NCBI GenBank assembly: GCA_048128005.1
Contig: JBEUKZ010000093.1
Location: 186,001-250,000 of the forward strand
Source: Veleropilina oligotropha
Taxonomy: Eukaryota
Direction of reading: 5' to 3'
Length of the DNA: 64,000 nt
How positions within the stretch are numbered: position 1 is the first letter of the stretch; each line of letters opens with the position of its first letter. The notes below the pieces were generated by a model. The model was not told where the DNA came from. It saw only the letters and a list, made by a program, of their open reading frames with translations, and ran no database searches. Below, piece after piece: positions 1-9,942 of the stretch. The position numbers and the translations under genes are program-made.

Positions 1-626
1 ACCGTAGCAACTGCTCTGGCTAACATACACTAGGCGTATGCATTTCTTGTTGCGGATAATCACGAACAATGCCAATTCCCGAAATAATCGTGCAAACAGT
101 GACGGGACTTTAGAACGCTAACCATAAGCTGATTAAAGTAAATTACAATATTATTGACCTGCCAGGCTGGAATATGAATCGGTGTGGTGTTTGGCGTGAG
201 GGACTGTCGAGAAGCTGAGCTGTTCGATCGATCCCGTTCTCGATATTCGACTTCATTTTTTAAGATGATATGGCAGCTTAATTTCTAATATTCCGAATTA
301 TTGCTTAGCTGTTGGTAGCGTCATTCGCATAAATAAAAGTTGCATAATCATACTGCGATGTGTCAACATGTAGCTTTATTCAATATCCGTAAATATTAAT
401 GCAAACTTACGCATTATCTCCGATAGCCGCCATCTTGTTTTCAGCATCGAATCTGGTGAATCCACCTCGCGGAGCAGATTCACCGATTCGCGAATCCGGA
501 TTCAGATTCATTGAATCTGTTGTAAACAGACAGTACATAATCTGAAACCGGTTTCGGATTCGTTGTAATCAGACAGGGCCTTAGCCGCTTGTCATGGCCA
601 CCATACGACTGCATTCTTCACAAGTT

Positions 627-848
627 CTGTTCGTGTGAATATAGGGAGCCAACACTGCTCTGTTCTGTGCGTGTGAATATAGGGAGCCACCACTGCTCTG
701 TGCGTGTGAATATAGGGAGCCACCACTGCTCTGTTCTGTGCATGTGAATATAGGGAGCCAACACTGCTCTGTTCTGTGCGTGTGAATATAGGGAGCCAAC
801 ACTGCTCTGTTCTGTGCGTGTGAATATAGGGAGCCACCACTGCTCTGC
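627..848. repeat. 38-bp minisatellite, ~6 units
   Basis: Tandem CTCTGTTCTGTGCGTGTGAATATAGGGAGCCA(A/C)CACTG, one unit with a 5-bp deletion. Confidence 0.92.
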
Positions 849-1448
849 TTCATAACAGTGTGTAATTTGTGGAGTTAACAGTCAGAGTTGTGAATATTAA
901 TAATGACTTCCCGGGTGACCTGTGATCGGTTTTATGAGCTAGGCGTAGGTCGAGTTCAGGACTAAACAGTTGATTACGATTTAGGAGAGCGGACTAGTCT
1001 AGTTCTGACCTGCGCTACGCCTTGTACCCTAAGCCACATCAGTACAGAAGGTATCAAATTGAAAATGATGCCAACAAAAGAATGTCGGCCGACTACGTTA
1101 CACTAGTCATGGCCATCGATCATCACTAGAGTTTAACCCAAACCCAGTCAAACTGCAAGCTCGATAATAATTATGTATATGTTCATATGAGATAAATGTA
1201 TGTATTATTATTGACGTCGATTGATTTACCTGAATAAAATATTGACATCAATCAACCTTTTTCTGGACATTTGTTGTAAATCTAATTTGGTGTTGCAATT
1301 CAGTGGCAGGTATTTTCTTTTCTGTCAGAACATCCTATATCTGACTACATCTGTTGTGCATCAGCCGTCAGACTCGCTGTTCCGAGATGGTTTACCTAGC
1401 AAGATAGATTACCTAGGCAAATTGTCTTGGGTACCTCGAATGCAAACT

Positions 1449-1644
1449 AGCAGCAGGGGGGGTCAGTAGACTTTTTAGAATGGGAAAATAAGGCTCCCAG
1501 CACCATTTCAGAACTGAGCTGGTATTAATGGTGGGAACTAGGGGGTGTAGACTAGGGGCGGGGCGGCCGCCGTGGGGGCTCCCAGCACCCTTTCAGACCC
1601 CAGGGTATATCGTGTATTACAAAAAGTTACCGTGTACACAGAGC
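1449..1644 (+). repeat. Left terminal inverted repeat (imperfect, ~196 bp; first 66 bp perfect)
   Basis: Reverse complement of 16575-16771; conserved blocks (terminal ~79 bp, GTGGGGGCTCCCAGCACCCTTTCAGACCCC, TGTATTACAAAAAGT, ACAGAGC) separated by diverged spacers. Confidence 0.93.
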
Positions 1645-1684
1645 CCGTAGGGACGGCCTGCTACTGCTCGCCGGCCCGGGCTCC

Positions 1685-1885
1685 TCAGTTATGCGAGCAG
1701 CAGCAGGGGGGGTGAGTTTGATTTCGTGCAACTCCCTTTCTACCGTCTTTGGTCTTCTTCTTATATATCGCTTGTTCACCATTGTCGAGTACAACGATCA
1801 AAACGTTATAGCCCCGGTTTAAGAGGTTTTTAACGCGCCTGAAGCTCCGTTCGCTGTACAGCGTAGGAATGTCTTCCTGTGGCAT
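1685..1885 (-). CDS. Possible small element-encoded protein (66 aa, MPQEDIPTLY...)
   Basis: ATG-initiated ORF divergent from the 1994 ORF; protein-like composition but no recognisable motif. Confidence 0.3.
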   Translation of the reverse strand: MPQEDIPTLYSERSFRRVKNLLNRGYNVLIVVLDNGEQAIYKKKTKDGRKGVARNQTHPPCCCSHN

Positions 1886-1993
1886 GTTGCTTTCAAGTAT
1901 AACTACACAACGTCTAACATGCCGGTTATTTCTCGCCGTGCACCGGGCTCGATATCTTAGTGTCATAATCTCTATTAGAGACTGGTATATACA

Positions 1994-2287
1994 ATGATAA
2001 CCGCTATCAATATGTGGGGCACTGATACCTGTCAATGGCTCACCATCAGCTCCACGGAGTTATGTGGTAAGAGATGCCTGAGAGAGTTTTGCAAAGTCCA
2101 CCTGGCTCGGCAACGGCGAAATGGCCGGGGCACAAAACCCTGCATCAAATGCGGCAAAGGCGTCTTTAACCGGTTTACGCTGTGTCAGGGCTGTGGGTAT
2201 AAGAGTGAGAACGGTATGGACTGGCAACGAAAGAAAAGTGCATTCCGGAGAGAGTTTCTCCGCATGGCTGCAATTTACCACACGTAA
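1994..2287 (+). CDS. Small Cys/His-rich zinc-binding protein
   Basis: CQW...LCGKRC...FCKVH plus CIKC...LCQGC zinc-ribbon-like pairs; directly upstream of the replicase. Confidence 0.6.
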   Translation: MITAINMWGTDTCQWLTISSTELCGKRCLREFCKVHLARQRRNGRGTKPCIKCGKGVFNRFTLCQGCGYKSENGMDWQRKKSAFRREFLRMAAIYHT

Positions 2288-2347
2288 ATTTCCTATTAGA
2301 GAAGTAAAGATCATAGTGTATGCCCGCGTGTATACCCACCCGGCAAC

Positions 2348-5300
2348 ATGGATGAACTGCGTAACTTAGCGAAAGATTACGGGCTTCCCGCTCGGTCGAA
2401 GCTCAAGAAAAACGACCTCATCAGGGCAATAGCCGGGGTCCGTGCTGCGGAGTTTCGGAGGAGACTCGAGCGGGCGATGAAAACGGGAAGGTTCCCCTCC
2501 ATACGTGGGGATGTGGAGAACCCCCACAAAAGAGGCCGTCGTGCTCGCGAATTGCGGCAGCTTAGGGACGAGGTCGACGTCGCCCTCAAGGTCCGTAAAT
2601 ACGAAATCAAAGCTGAGAAAAATCCCATGATTCGACTGAAGCCACTTCGCGCCATCACGGATCGAATCGTCAAGCGGTCTCGGAAAGAGACCCTTGCCCA
2701 TGCTATTGCTCGGAAGGGGCCCGATCTTCTCATCTCCAAAACGCCCTGGACAGCCCAGGACTACCAGAAGGATCTTCTAGGGCAATTTACCACACCCGAG
2801 GGACAACGATTCATCGACCTGGATGACCAGGTCCCTCCCCCAGTAAGGCTCCCAGCAAAAGAGCCATGGGTGGAACTCTTGAGCGACGCCAAAGACGAGT
2901 TTGAGGTCGATGGCGCCGCGGCGGCTTTCTCCACATGGAGGGTAGAAGTGGCTGGACGGCTGGCCCTGGATGCCCGTATGACAGATGCAAGGGCAGCACA
3001 GCTCCTCACAGCCCTTCCAAAGGGCGAGTTTCTCCTGAGAATCAAGTTCTTGCGTGAGTGGGGTGAAGGTGACTGGATGGTCGAAGACAAGTTTGACCCG
3101 GTGAAGGCTGCGAGAAAGAAGGGCCAGGGTGTCGTTGAGATCTCTCAGGACACTAAGCCAGGTGCTATAACTGGGGTCGACAAAGCCTACTACGAGAACG
3201 CCTACCCGGTCACTGCAGTCGTCTACGGCGTCTATCCTCTCAGAGAACCAAACCCCGCCAACCTGGTTCCGATGAAGAACGGCGACCTCAACTGCGTTGC
3301 CCAACGAGTGGTTGAGCACTTCGAAGGTGCCCTTAGAGGACACGGACTCACCCCGACAAGGCGGCAGAAAATACTGGAGTGGGAAGAGCGAGTTCATGTA
3401 ACAGGCGCCACTGTGGATGATATATCCATCCTCGAGAGGATACTGAAGCGGGCGATCATACTGAGAGATATTGCCGGTGCGGACATCTACAACAGTGGGA
3501 AGTACCGCGGTCAAGGAACCCATACGTTCAGAAACGTAGAACTCATCTGTCACAACGGCCACGCCTGGTCGAAGGACCTACACTTTCCGCAGTCTCGCGA
3601 GGTCCACCTGTATGAGGGCGATGTCTGGGAAGCTATTCGACAAGCCACACAGAATGAGCCATTGGCTGTCTGGCTCCTAGGCGGTAAAGACCGACAGCTC
3701 GGCGTGGACCAGTTCGTGCTGCAAGATGGCCGCACTTACCGGACGAAAGAGGCTCACGAGAGACTCCAGGAAGCCTGTACAGCGCTGGGGAATGAGTCCC
3801 TAGCCGATCGGGCCTTTGGCGTGAACCATGCAGCTAGCATTATGGCCAAGGAGACCAACGGCTGGAAACCCACCTCGGCGAGCCTGCTCGATGACATCCA
3901 GAAGGCCTGTGTAGAGCATGGCCACGGCGGTCTCTGGAATTCCATGAATTACGACACGGGCGATGTCTGCTGCATCGATATGAAAGCCTGCTACCCTGCC
4001 AGCTTTCTGGGGCAGGGCGAGGCCAAGCCATACTTCGAAAGATTCGGACACCCAACCCACAGCATGACTCGGGTCGCAATTAACGGTCCTCTTCCCGAAG
4101 ATATCGGCACCGGCTTTGCTGAGGTCGTGGGGTGGGAGTTCGCACAAGACATCCACCCCGTCATTCCCGCCTGGTTCGGGAAGCACTTTGCAGAGAATGG
4201 ATGGGCACCAACCCCGCTGCTCGCCTTCCTCATAGAATCTGGACTGCTAAAAAGCCTCAAGATCCGAGAAGCCATTATCGCGTTCAGAACGCAACTCGAT
4301 GTCTGGCTTCCTGAGAATCGTGACCAGGGATGCAGTATCATCAGCAAGTTCACCCAGGGCACCAAAGCTGATGGCAAAAGATTGACTCGGCGCCTGGTGA
4401 CCGACCAGGGCGAGCTCGACTTCCTCGTAAGAGACACCCGCCAAAGCGGTACCCTGGTCGGCGCACCGCAAAGGTGCCCTATGGGGCACATCCTCACGTA
4501 TTATGATGGCTCCCAGCCTCAGTACGCCCACCTGAGGGCGACGATGTTGGCCTATGCCCACATAAACCTCTTGAGCATGGTCCAGCGTTTCAGTGCAGCA
4601 GAAGCCGTCCGGGTAGCCACTGACAGCATCTACCTCAAGAAGGCCTCGTTGGAGAAGCTCGACGATGTCACGGTGTACGTTGCCCCCAAACTCTGCGACT
4701 GTCGCAGCCAATCGTGCATCTCCTGTCTGCTCGCGGAGCCGTACCTTCCGCCAGTAGCACCGGCCCAGTGGCGTGACAAGGGCGAACAGCTGTATATGCC
4801 ACAGGAACATGCCGCATACCTGCCCAAGCCGGAGTACACGCAGTCCGAGAAGGACCTCCCGCCAAGCACCGCGCCATGCTACAATGACTCGCTGACCCAC
4901 CATCGCCTGAGTTACCTCAATGGTGGAGGGGGCTGTGGCAAGACTACGAGAGCGATCGAGCTCTTTCGGGCAAGGAATCCCACGGTGTTCACGCCAACGC
5001 ACCGCCTCGCTAAGGAGATGCGGACCAGAGGCGTCAAAGCCCAGACCTACCACAGTTTCTTCTGATGGAGCGGCCAGACTGACTGGACGCCTGATCGCAT
5101 GGGTCAGAAGTTCATCCCCCGCGTCATTATCTGGGACGAGGTCTGTACTGTTCCCCGGCACATTCTAGAGATGTTCTTGGACTGGCTGGGCCGACACGAA
5201 GTGCAGGTTATCTGCTGTGGCGATCAAGGCCGGCCACCACCGATTACGGGCGAGATGCCGCACGATTGGCTGCGAAAGACTGCGGACTACTATGAAGAGA

Positions 5301-6193
5301 TCGAAGTAGACTACAGGGCGAAAGACGACCCTGCCCTCCAAGCCCTGAAAAGACGGATACGTCTCCAGCCCGACAAAGTCCAGTGCGGCGAGATGCGACG
5401 GACGCTCCCTAGCTGCCTTGGATGGGATCGGTTCGTCAACACCTGGAAGCCAGGCGACCTAATCCTCACAAGCCGTCAGAAGGTCCGCGAACGAGCTCAA
5501 GAGCTGTTGCTCCAGAGGCACAAGGAGCACTTCCCAGACTCCTATGTCCCGATCCTGTACCACCCCAGGGACAGCAGAAAACAGAACATCATGGTAACCA
5601 TTCCGGGCACCGATGACAGAGAGGAGCTAGTTCTCAACGACGTCGTTGAGGTCACGATTGAGGCCGCTGAACGGGCGATCCTGACCCCGGATTGGCGCCT
5701 GGGCTATGCTCTCACCATCCATTCGAGCCAGGGTCTTACCATTCACGACCCACAGAAAGTCTGGATCATCGACAACTACCTTCAGTGGAGTAATCTCGCC
5801 TACCTAGCCGTGTCCCGGGTGGAGCTGCTGCGTCAGCTCGAACGGGTAACGTGTCCACCGGATGAGGGTTCTGAGGACAGGCCCCCCCAAGCGCCCCAAA
5901 CCGAGCAGCAGCTCCGAAAGACCATCTAGAGGAAGCTTGTGGCGTACAAACGCCAGGACCAGGCAAAGGGACTCCCGGGGTTTAACCTCAAGGTCGACGA
6001 CATCCTGCGGCTCAGAGAGGCCCAAAACAACCGCTGCGCAGCATGCAACATAGAGCTGCTCTGGGCATATTCCCCGAAGGACACACAGCAGTTCAGTGTC
6101 GACCGTGTGGACAACAGCAGGGGCCACATCCGCGATAACGTGCGCTTAACGTGCCTCGAGTGTAACCGAAAACGAGGGAGCAGCAGCTGCTAA
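2348..6193 (+). pseudogene. Multidomain replicase: N-terminal (terminal protein-like?) region + OTU-like domain + divergent family B DNA polymerase + SF1 helicase + HNH nuclease; in-frame stops at 5063-5065 (TGA) and 5927-5929 (TAG)
   Basis: ORFs 2348-5065, 5099-5929 and 5939-6193 share one frame. GDLNC...HNGHAW (OTU-like Cys/His); HGG, IDMKACYP (PolB motif A), RVATDSIY (motif C); GGGGCGKTT (Walker A), IIWDE (Walker B), GDQG, YALTIHSSQGLTI, AYLAVSRV (SF1 motifs); CAAC...SVDRVDNSRGHIRDNVRLTCLECN (HNH). The first stop falls inside the helicase domain. Confidence 0.85.
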
Positions 6194-7194
6194 CGCTTGA
6201 GAGCTCCAACCGGCGGCAGCTGGGTGTCACGAGGCACCACGAGAAGTTCCTCACGAACGAAGCCATGCGGTGGTCCATCCAGCAAGTAGTAGAGCACAGG
6301 CTCGTCAGGTTTAGTGACAGAGCGTCCAAGCCTGTAAACTTTTAGAGACCACGCCGGGTCAGTAGCACGGCGACGACCCCCCTCCAGCTCACCATCGTAG
6401 TAAAGGTAACGAACATCTACATCAGAGGGGAGTTTCTGTTCCTTCCCCTGTCGGTCTGGAACAGTGGCGCCTGGCTTTTGGGCAACGCGAGGTGCCTTGA
6501 TGGCGTCCTTGGGCTTTTTACCGGTCAGCCTGGTCACTTCCCCATTCAAGGCCGCAACTACAGCGGGCAGCCTAGCCACCCACTCAGTTGACCTTTGACC
6601 CTCTTTCTTTGACCCTGTAAAACTCATCTCTTCTGCGTACTGGTGCCCGAAGAGCCGCTCAGCGAGCGTCCGGTTGAAGCGCTCCACAATGCCCTGATCG
6701 CGATGGATATCCACACGGCCACGTCTAACCTCGACGTTATGTGTAGCCAGCAGCTGGGAGACCGTACCCATAAACTCTCGCCCTGGATCAACCTGAAGCA
6801 ATTTCGGCCAGCTAAGAGGACTCCGCCTGTAGATTCGCGAAATTGCTTCAGCAACCCCTTTGGCCTCTTTTGTGGCCAATGGCTCAGCTTCTTTAAAGCG
6901 ACTGGCCACATCAACCACAGTCAAAGCGTACTTATAGGTTTTACGGCCGACCTTGTCATGGGGGAGAAACAGGAGGTCGGCTTGGTGAACCTCGTTTGGC
7001 GTTACGACGTCGAATTTTGGTCTTGGAATCCGCCGTGGCGCAGGTAAATAGATCTGCCATATAGCCTGCCTCATAAGCCATGTCCGGGCCTCCATTTCAG
7101 ACGCCTTGGCAGCCTCAGCTAGTTTCTTTATCGCGGCAATGCCTTTCCAGTAGCCCTTAGGGCTGTAGTATATCCTCGCAAGCTTACTATCCAT
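6190..7194 (-). CDS. Retroviral-like (rve) DDE integrase of Polinton type
   Basis: HQADLL, LTVVDVASRF, LQVDPGREF and GIVERFNRTL give an intact D-D-E triad; ATG at 7194; no evident C-terminal chromodomain. Confidence 0.95.
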   Translation of the reverse strand: MDSKLARIYYSPKGYWKGIAAIKKLAEAAKASEMEARTWLMRQAIWQIYLPAPRRIPRPKFDVVTPNEVHQADLLFLPHDKVGRKTYKYALTVVDVASRFKEAEPLATKEAKGVAEAISRIYRRSPLSWPKLLQVDPGREFMGTVSQLLATHNVEVRRGRVDIHRDQGIVERFNRTLAERLFGHQYAEEMSFTGSKKEGQRSTEWVARLPAVVAALNGEVTRLTGKKPKDAIKAPRVAQKPGATVPDRQGKEQKLPSDVDVRYLYYDGELEGGRRRATDPAWSLKVYRLGRSVTKPDEPVLYYLLDGPPHGFVREELLVVPRDTQLPPVGALKR

Positions 7195-7417
7195 CAGCAA
7201 TGTATTCCAGTAAACTGATCAGTCTCCAACAGGCTTCAGCTTCCGGAGCCGGTCGCTGCGCAGTCGTCTCCCGTAGGTTGGTCGGGCCCGAGAGCACCAG
7301 GACGGCGAACCGCACCATAGTCTTTTCGTCGCGGCGCCAGCAGTCGAGCGACGTAGTACTAAGCGCCACCCCGCTGACCGCAAGCATGGCGCAGTACAGC
7401 TCTTCTGGGAGCCCCAT
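7187..7417 (-). CDS. Small hypothetical protein (76 aa)
   Basis: ATG-initiated; fills the gap in the tightly packed minus-strand gene run; hydrophobic N-terminus. Confidence 0.4.
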   Translation of the reverse strand: MGLPEELYCAMLAVSGVALSTTSLDCWRRDEKTMVRFAVLVLSGPTNLRETTAQRPAPEAEACWRLISLLEYIADG

Positions 7418-7458
7418 TACTATACATGCCCACGAAAAAAAATGTCCACTGGAAATAA

Positions 7459-7890
7459 TTAGGCGAGCTTGTAGGCTACCAACCCGGTCGCAGCCATCCC
7501 GAGGATGATGAAGGTGATCTCACGTCCCTTCTGGGCATCGCTCGGTGTGTAGTAGTCAGACAGGGCGGGCTCAGGGCCACCTCCTATAGCGGTGGGGTCA
7601 AGGTTCTTGCCGGTGATCAATGCATACTCACGGATCGCGGCGTCAACATCCCGGAATGTGCCAACGGCATGACCCTGGCGGCGAAGTTCAACGTTCAGCC
7701 AGTCGAGACGCTCTGCCCTCTGTTGTGACCATTTAGTCTGAGCGGCGTTGAGCTGCTCTACAGCAATGTCGTGACGTTTACGCTCCGCATCAACACCGGA
7801 GCTGCGTAGCTTCGAGAAGAGGAAGTTGGAGCCGCTGAAGGCGAGGGCGTTGACGAGAGCGCCCCCAACCAGCATCGCAATGGAAGCCAT
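7459..7890 (-). CDS. Predicted membrane protein (~143 aa)
   Basis: Hydrophobic N-terminus MASIAMLVGGALVNALAF, central charged helix, C-terminal TM-like ITFIILGMAATGLVAY. Confidence 0.8.
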   Translation of the reverse strand: MASIAMLVGGALVNALAFSGSNFLFSKLRSSGVDAERKRHDIAVEQLNAAQTKWSQQRAERLDWLNVELRRQGHAVGTFRDVDAAIREYALITGKNLDPTAIGGGPEPALSDYYTPSDAQKGREITFIILGMAATGLVAYKLA

Positions 7891-7921
7891 TGAAATGCTG
7901 CGATTATCTAGCAAGGTCCCA

Positions 7922-8161
7922 CTACTTCAATATATCGGCCGGGATGATGCCTTGCTTGATCAGCATATCTTTCGTCGCCATGGCGAGCGCTACGTCGAGG
8001 ACGACCATCCCGACATCGTACCCCGTGAAGTCCAGTTTGGGGCTCGCCCCCTTGAAGGCCATCTTTACCAGGCGCGAGTAGCCAATGGCGAGGCCTGACA
8101 CTATAGCTGCGTGATAGACGGCATTGCCGAGCATCTTTCCATCAGTGATTGGGGTAGTCAT
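7922..8161 (-). CDS. Small hydrophobic protein (79 aa)
   Basis: Two hydrophobic helices (AAIVSGLAIGY; VGMVVLDVALAMA); tight co-directional packing. Confidence 0.75.
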   Translation of the reverse strand: MTTPITDGKMLGNAVYHAAIVSGLAIGYSRLVKMAFKGASPKLDFTGYDVGMVVLDVALAMATKDMLIKQGIIPADILK

Positions 8162-8173
8162 GTTGATGCGAGA

Positions 8174-8641
8174 TTATTGCATATGAAAAGGGTTCTGCTT
8201 ATCCTTCAATTCGATGGGCGGGGGGTGAGCGACCTGCGGTGGTTGATGTGGTGTGGATGGACCAGGGTTGCTGCGTTCTGAGGACGTCTTCCAGACAACA
8301 AATACCAACGCAACCGTACCGGCAGCGACGGCTACCTGGGTCCAATTAAATAGGTCCGATTTCCGTGTATCTGGCGCACGCGGTCTTTCTGCGGCTGGAA
8401 CCGCCTCCCCGGGCTGTTCTGATGGAACGACAACACTTGTTGGGGCACTCAGGTCTTCTTTCATTTTTCGAACCGCGGCCAGTAGCTTCTCCTGCTTGGC
8501 TTTTCGAGCAGCAGCGCCGGCCCTACCTGCAGCCACTTTTTTCGGGTCCTTTTTACTCACTGATGAGTCTGTCGATGAAGTCACCCTCTCTATCGGCTGG
8601 CTCGACATCGTTTGGTCCACTTCCTGCGTTGTCATCTCCAT
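8174..8641 (-). CDS. Basic (possibly nucleic-acid-binding) protein with one TM helix
   Basis: KKDPKKVAAGRAGAAARKAK basic helix, TM-like VAVAAGTVALVFVVW, Pro-rich tail ending NPFHMQ. Confidence 0.7.
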   Translation of the reverse strand: MEMTTQEVDQTMSSQPIERVTSSTDSSVSKKDPKKVAAGRAGAAARKAKQEKLLAAVRKMKEDLSAPTSVVVPSEQPGEAVPAAERPRAPDTRKSDLFNWTQVAVAAGTVALVFVVWKTSSERSNPGPSTPHQPPQVAHPPPIELKDKQNPFHMQ

Positions 8642-9278
8642 CTCGCTCTGGTATTTTAGGCGGGCAGACGTGTCCAAATCGGCAGTGCTTAGCCGTGGTC
8701 AACGCTGCGGTCAGCGGTGCGAGGTACATGCCGTACTTGTGATACAGCTCACAGCTTGCAGTGCACAGCGCATGTGAGATGAAAGGGTCGGCCTCGAGGT
8801 CAGCGATCAAATGTAGCTGATTTTGTGGTGGGATGGGCAAGAGCATCCCAGCTGCCCCCGCATAGAGGTTTATAGCTGCAGTCCCCAGGGTCTTCGTCAT
8901 CTCCGCACCTAACCTCACTTCATACCGTGCGTAGTGTTTTTCAACCTCTTCGTCGGTCATAGCGTCGATCCGGTCAACTGTGAGGTTGCTCCCCCCCAAG
9001 TATTTGCCTGCCTGTCCTCCAATGGCTAATGCTGCAAGCCTCTCCCGTTTCTCTGCTACGCCGGTTTTAGGGTCCTCGGGCATCGAGCGGGGTGGCCCGG
9101 CCACGGTCATTTCTTGTTCGTCATCCATAAGTTGATCGATGAGGCTGTCCATCCTTAAGCGTTTCCAACATCTCCTCGTCAGTCTAATATAGCGATAATG
9201 CCAATACCATAACGTTGCGAGTAGGAGCAAGATTAGGCTCTGGCTGCAAGCAAAAGCTAGATATACAGCGTCCGACAT
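8553..9278 (-). CDS. Hypothetical element protein (start 9278 or 9152)
   Basis: Long ORF between the ATPase and the 8641 ORF; possible N-terminal TM (LILLLLATLWYW); helical body. Confidence 0.7.
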   Translation of the reverse strand: MSDAVYLAFACSQSLILLLLATLWYWHYRYIRLTRRCWKRLRMDSLIDQLMDDEQEMTVAGPPRSMPEDPKTGVAEKRERLAALAIGGQAGKYLGGSNLTVDRIDAMTDEEVEKHYARYEVRLGAEMTKTLGTAAINLYAGAAGMLLPIPPQNQLHLIADLEADPFISHALCTASCELYHKYGMYLAPLTAALTTAKHCRFGHVCPPKIPERDGDDNAGSGPNDVEPADREGDFIDRLISE

Positions 9279-9309
9279 GCTAGGTAGTGCTGTAGATGCT
9301 AGGCAGATG

Positions 9310-9942
9310 CTAAAGCACACTATAAGCAACCGGCTGATCGGTCTTTAACAGGAGCTTAGCGTGTCTGGTCTCGGCCAACAGCCGGCGAACCGCGGTTCTC
9401 TCGTCCCGCGACGTGATCACGTCGTTCTCCCGAAGACAGTCTTCATAGCTGTCACGGTCCTTGCAGTGAAACAGCGCGACCCAGCGAATCTGCTCTCGGA
9501 GCTCCTTCAAGACCGAGTTGTACTTTTGCATCACTACCCATACACTCTGGGAAGCATGCCTTCCGCTGAAGGCCAACTCGGTCAGCATCTCTTTTTTCTT
9601 TGCCATAGCCTTGCTCGCGGCGCAATCGTCGATGATATATAAAGTTGATTCCCCCTGGAACAGTCGGTAGAACCCCCGCAGCCAGTCATGGAGTCGCTCA
9701 CCTGGGGGGATCAAATACACCTCAGGGTCGGTCCAGATCCACGGACAAGACTGGTATGCCTTGTTGTACTTGATCGTGGGGCAGAGGATCACGATATGCC
9801 GGAAGACGCCTCGATACTCCCCTTCCAGCAGTTCAAGCATGAAAACCGTCTTCCCACAACCGGTCTGGCCGCAGATGATTGCGGAGTGGGGGTCCTTGGT
9901 GTGCGGAAATCGTTTAGTACAGTGCTTCGACGAATCGGCCAT
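9310..9942 (-). CDS. A32-like FtsK-HerA family DNA packaging ATPase
   Basis: Walker A GQTGCGKT, Walker B LYIIDD, arginine-finger SGRH, downstream VVMQKY; immediately downstream of the putative MCP. Confidence 0.93.
   Translation of the reverse strand: MADSSKHCTKRFPHTKDPHSAIICGQTGCGKTVFMLELLEGEYRGVFRHIVILCPTIKYNKAYQSCPWIWTDPEVYLIPPGERLHDWLRGFYRLFQGESTLYIIDDCAASKAMAKKKEMLTELAFSGRHASQSVWVVMQKYNSVLKELREQIRWVALFHCKDRDSYEDCLRENDVITSRDERTAVRRLLAETRHAKLLLKTDQPVAYSVL

Noticed and set aside
1..583. Possible PIF/Harbinger-like transposon end (...GACAGGGCC|TTA)
   Set aside because: Other end lies outside the window, so TIR and TSD cannot be verified
2348..6193. Helitron Rep-helicase interpretation
   Set aside because: No HUH/Y2 Rep motifs; the element has TIRs, a TSD, integrase and capsid genes
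2366..6329. Many antisense or alternate-frame ORFs over the replicase (e.g. 2777-3562, 4247-5161)
   Set aside because: Shadow ORFs of GC-rich coding DNA with no motifs
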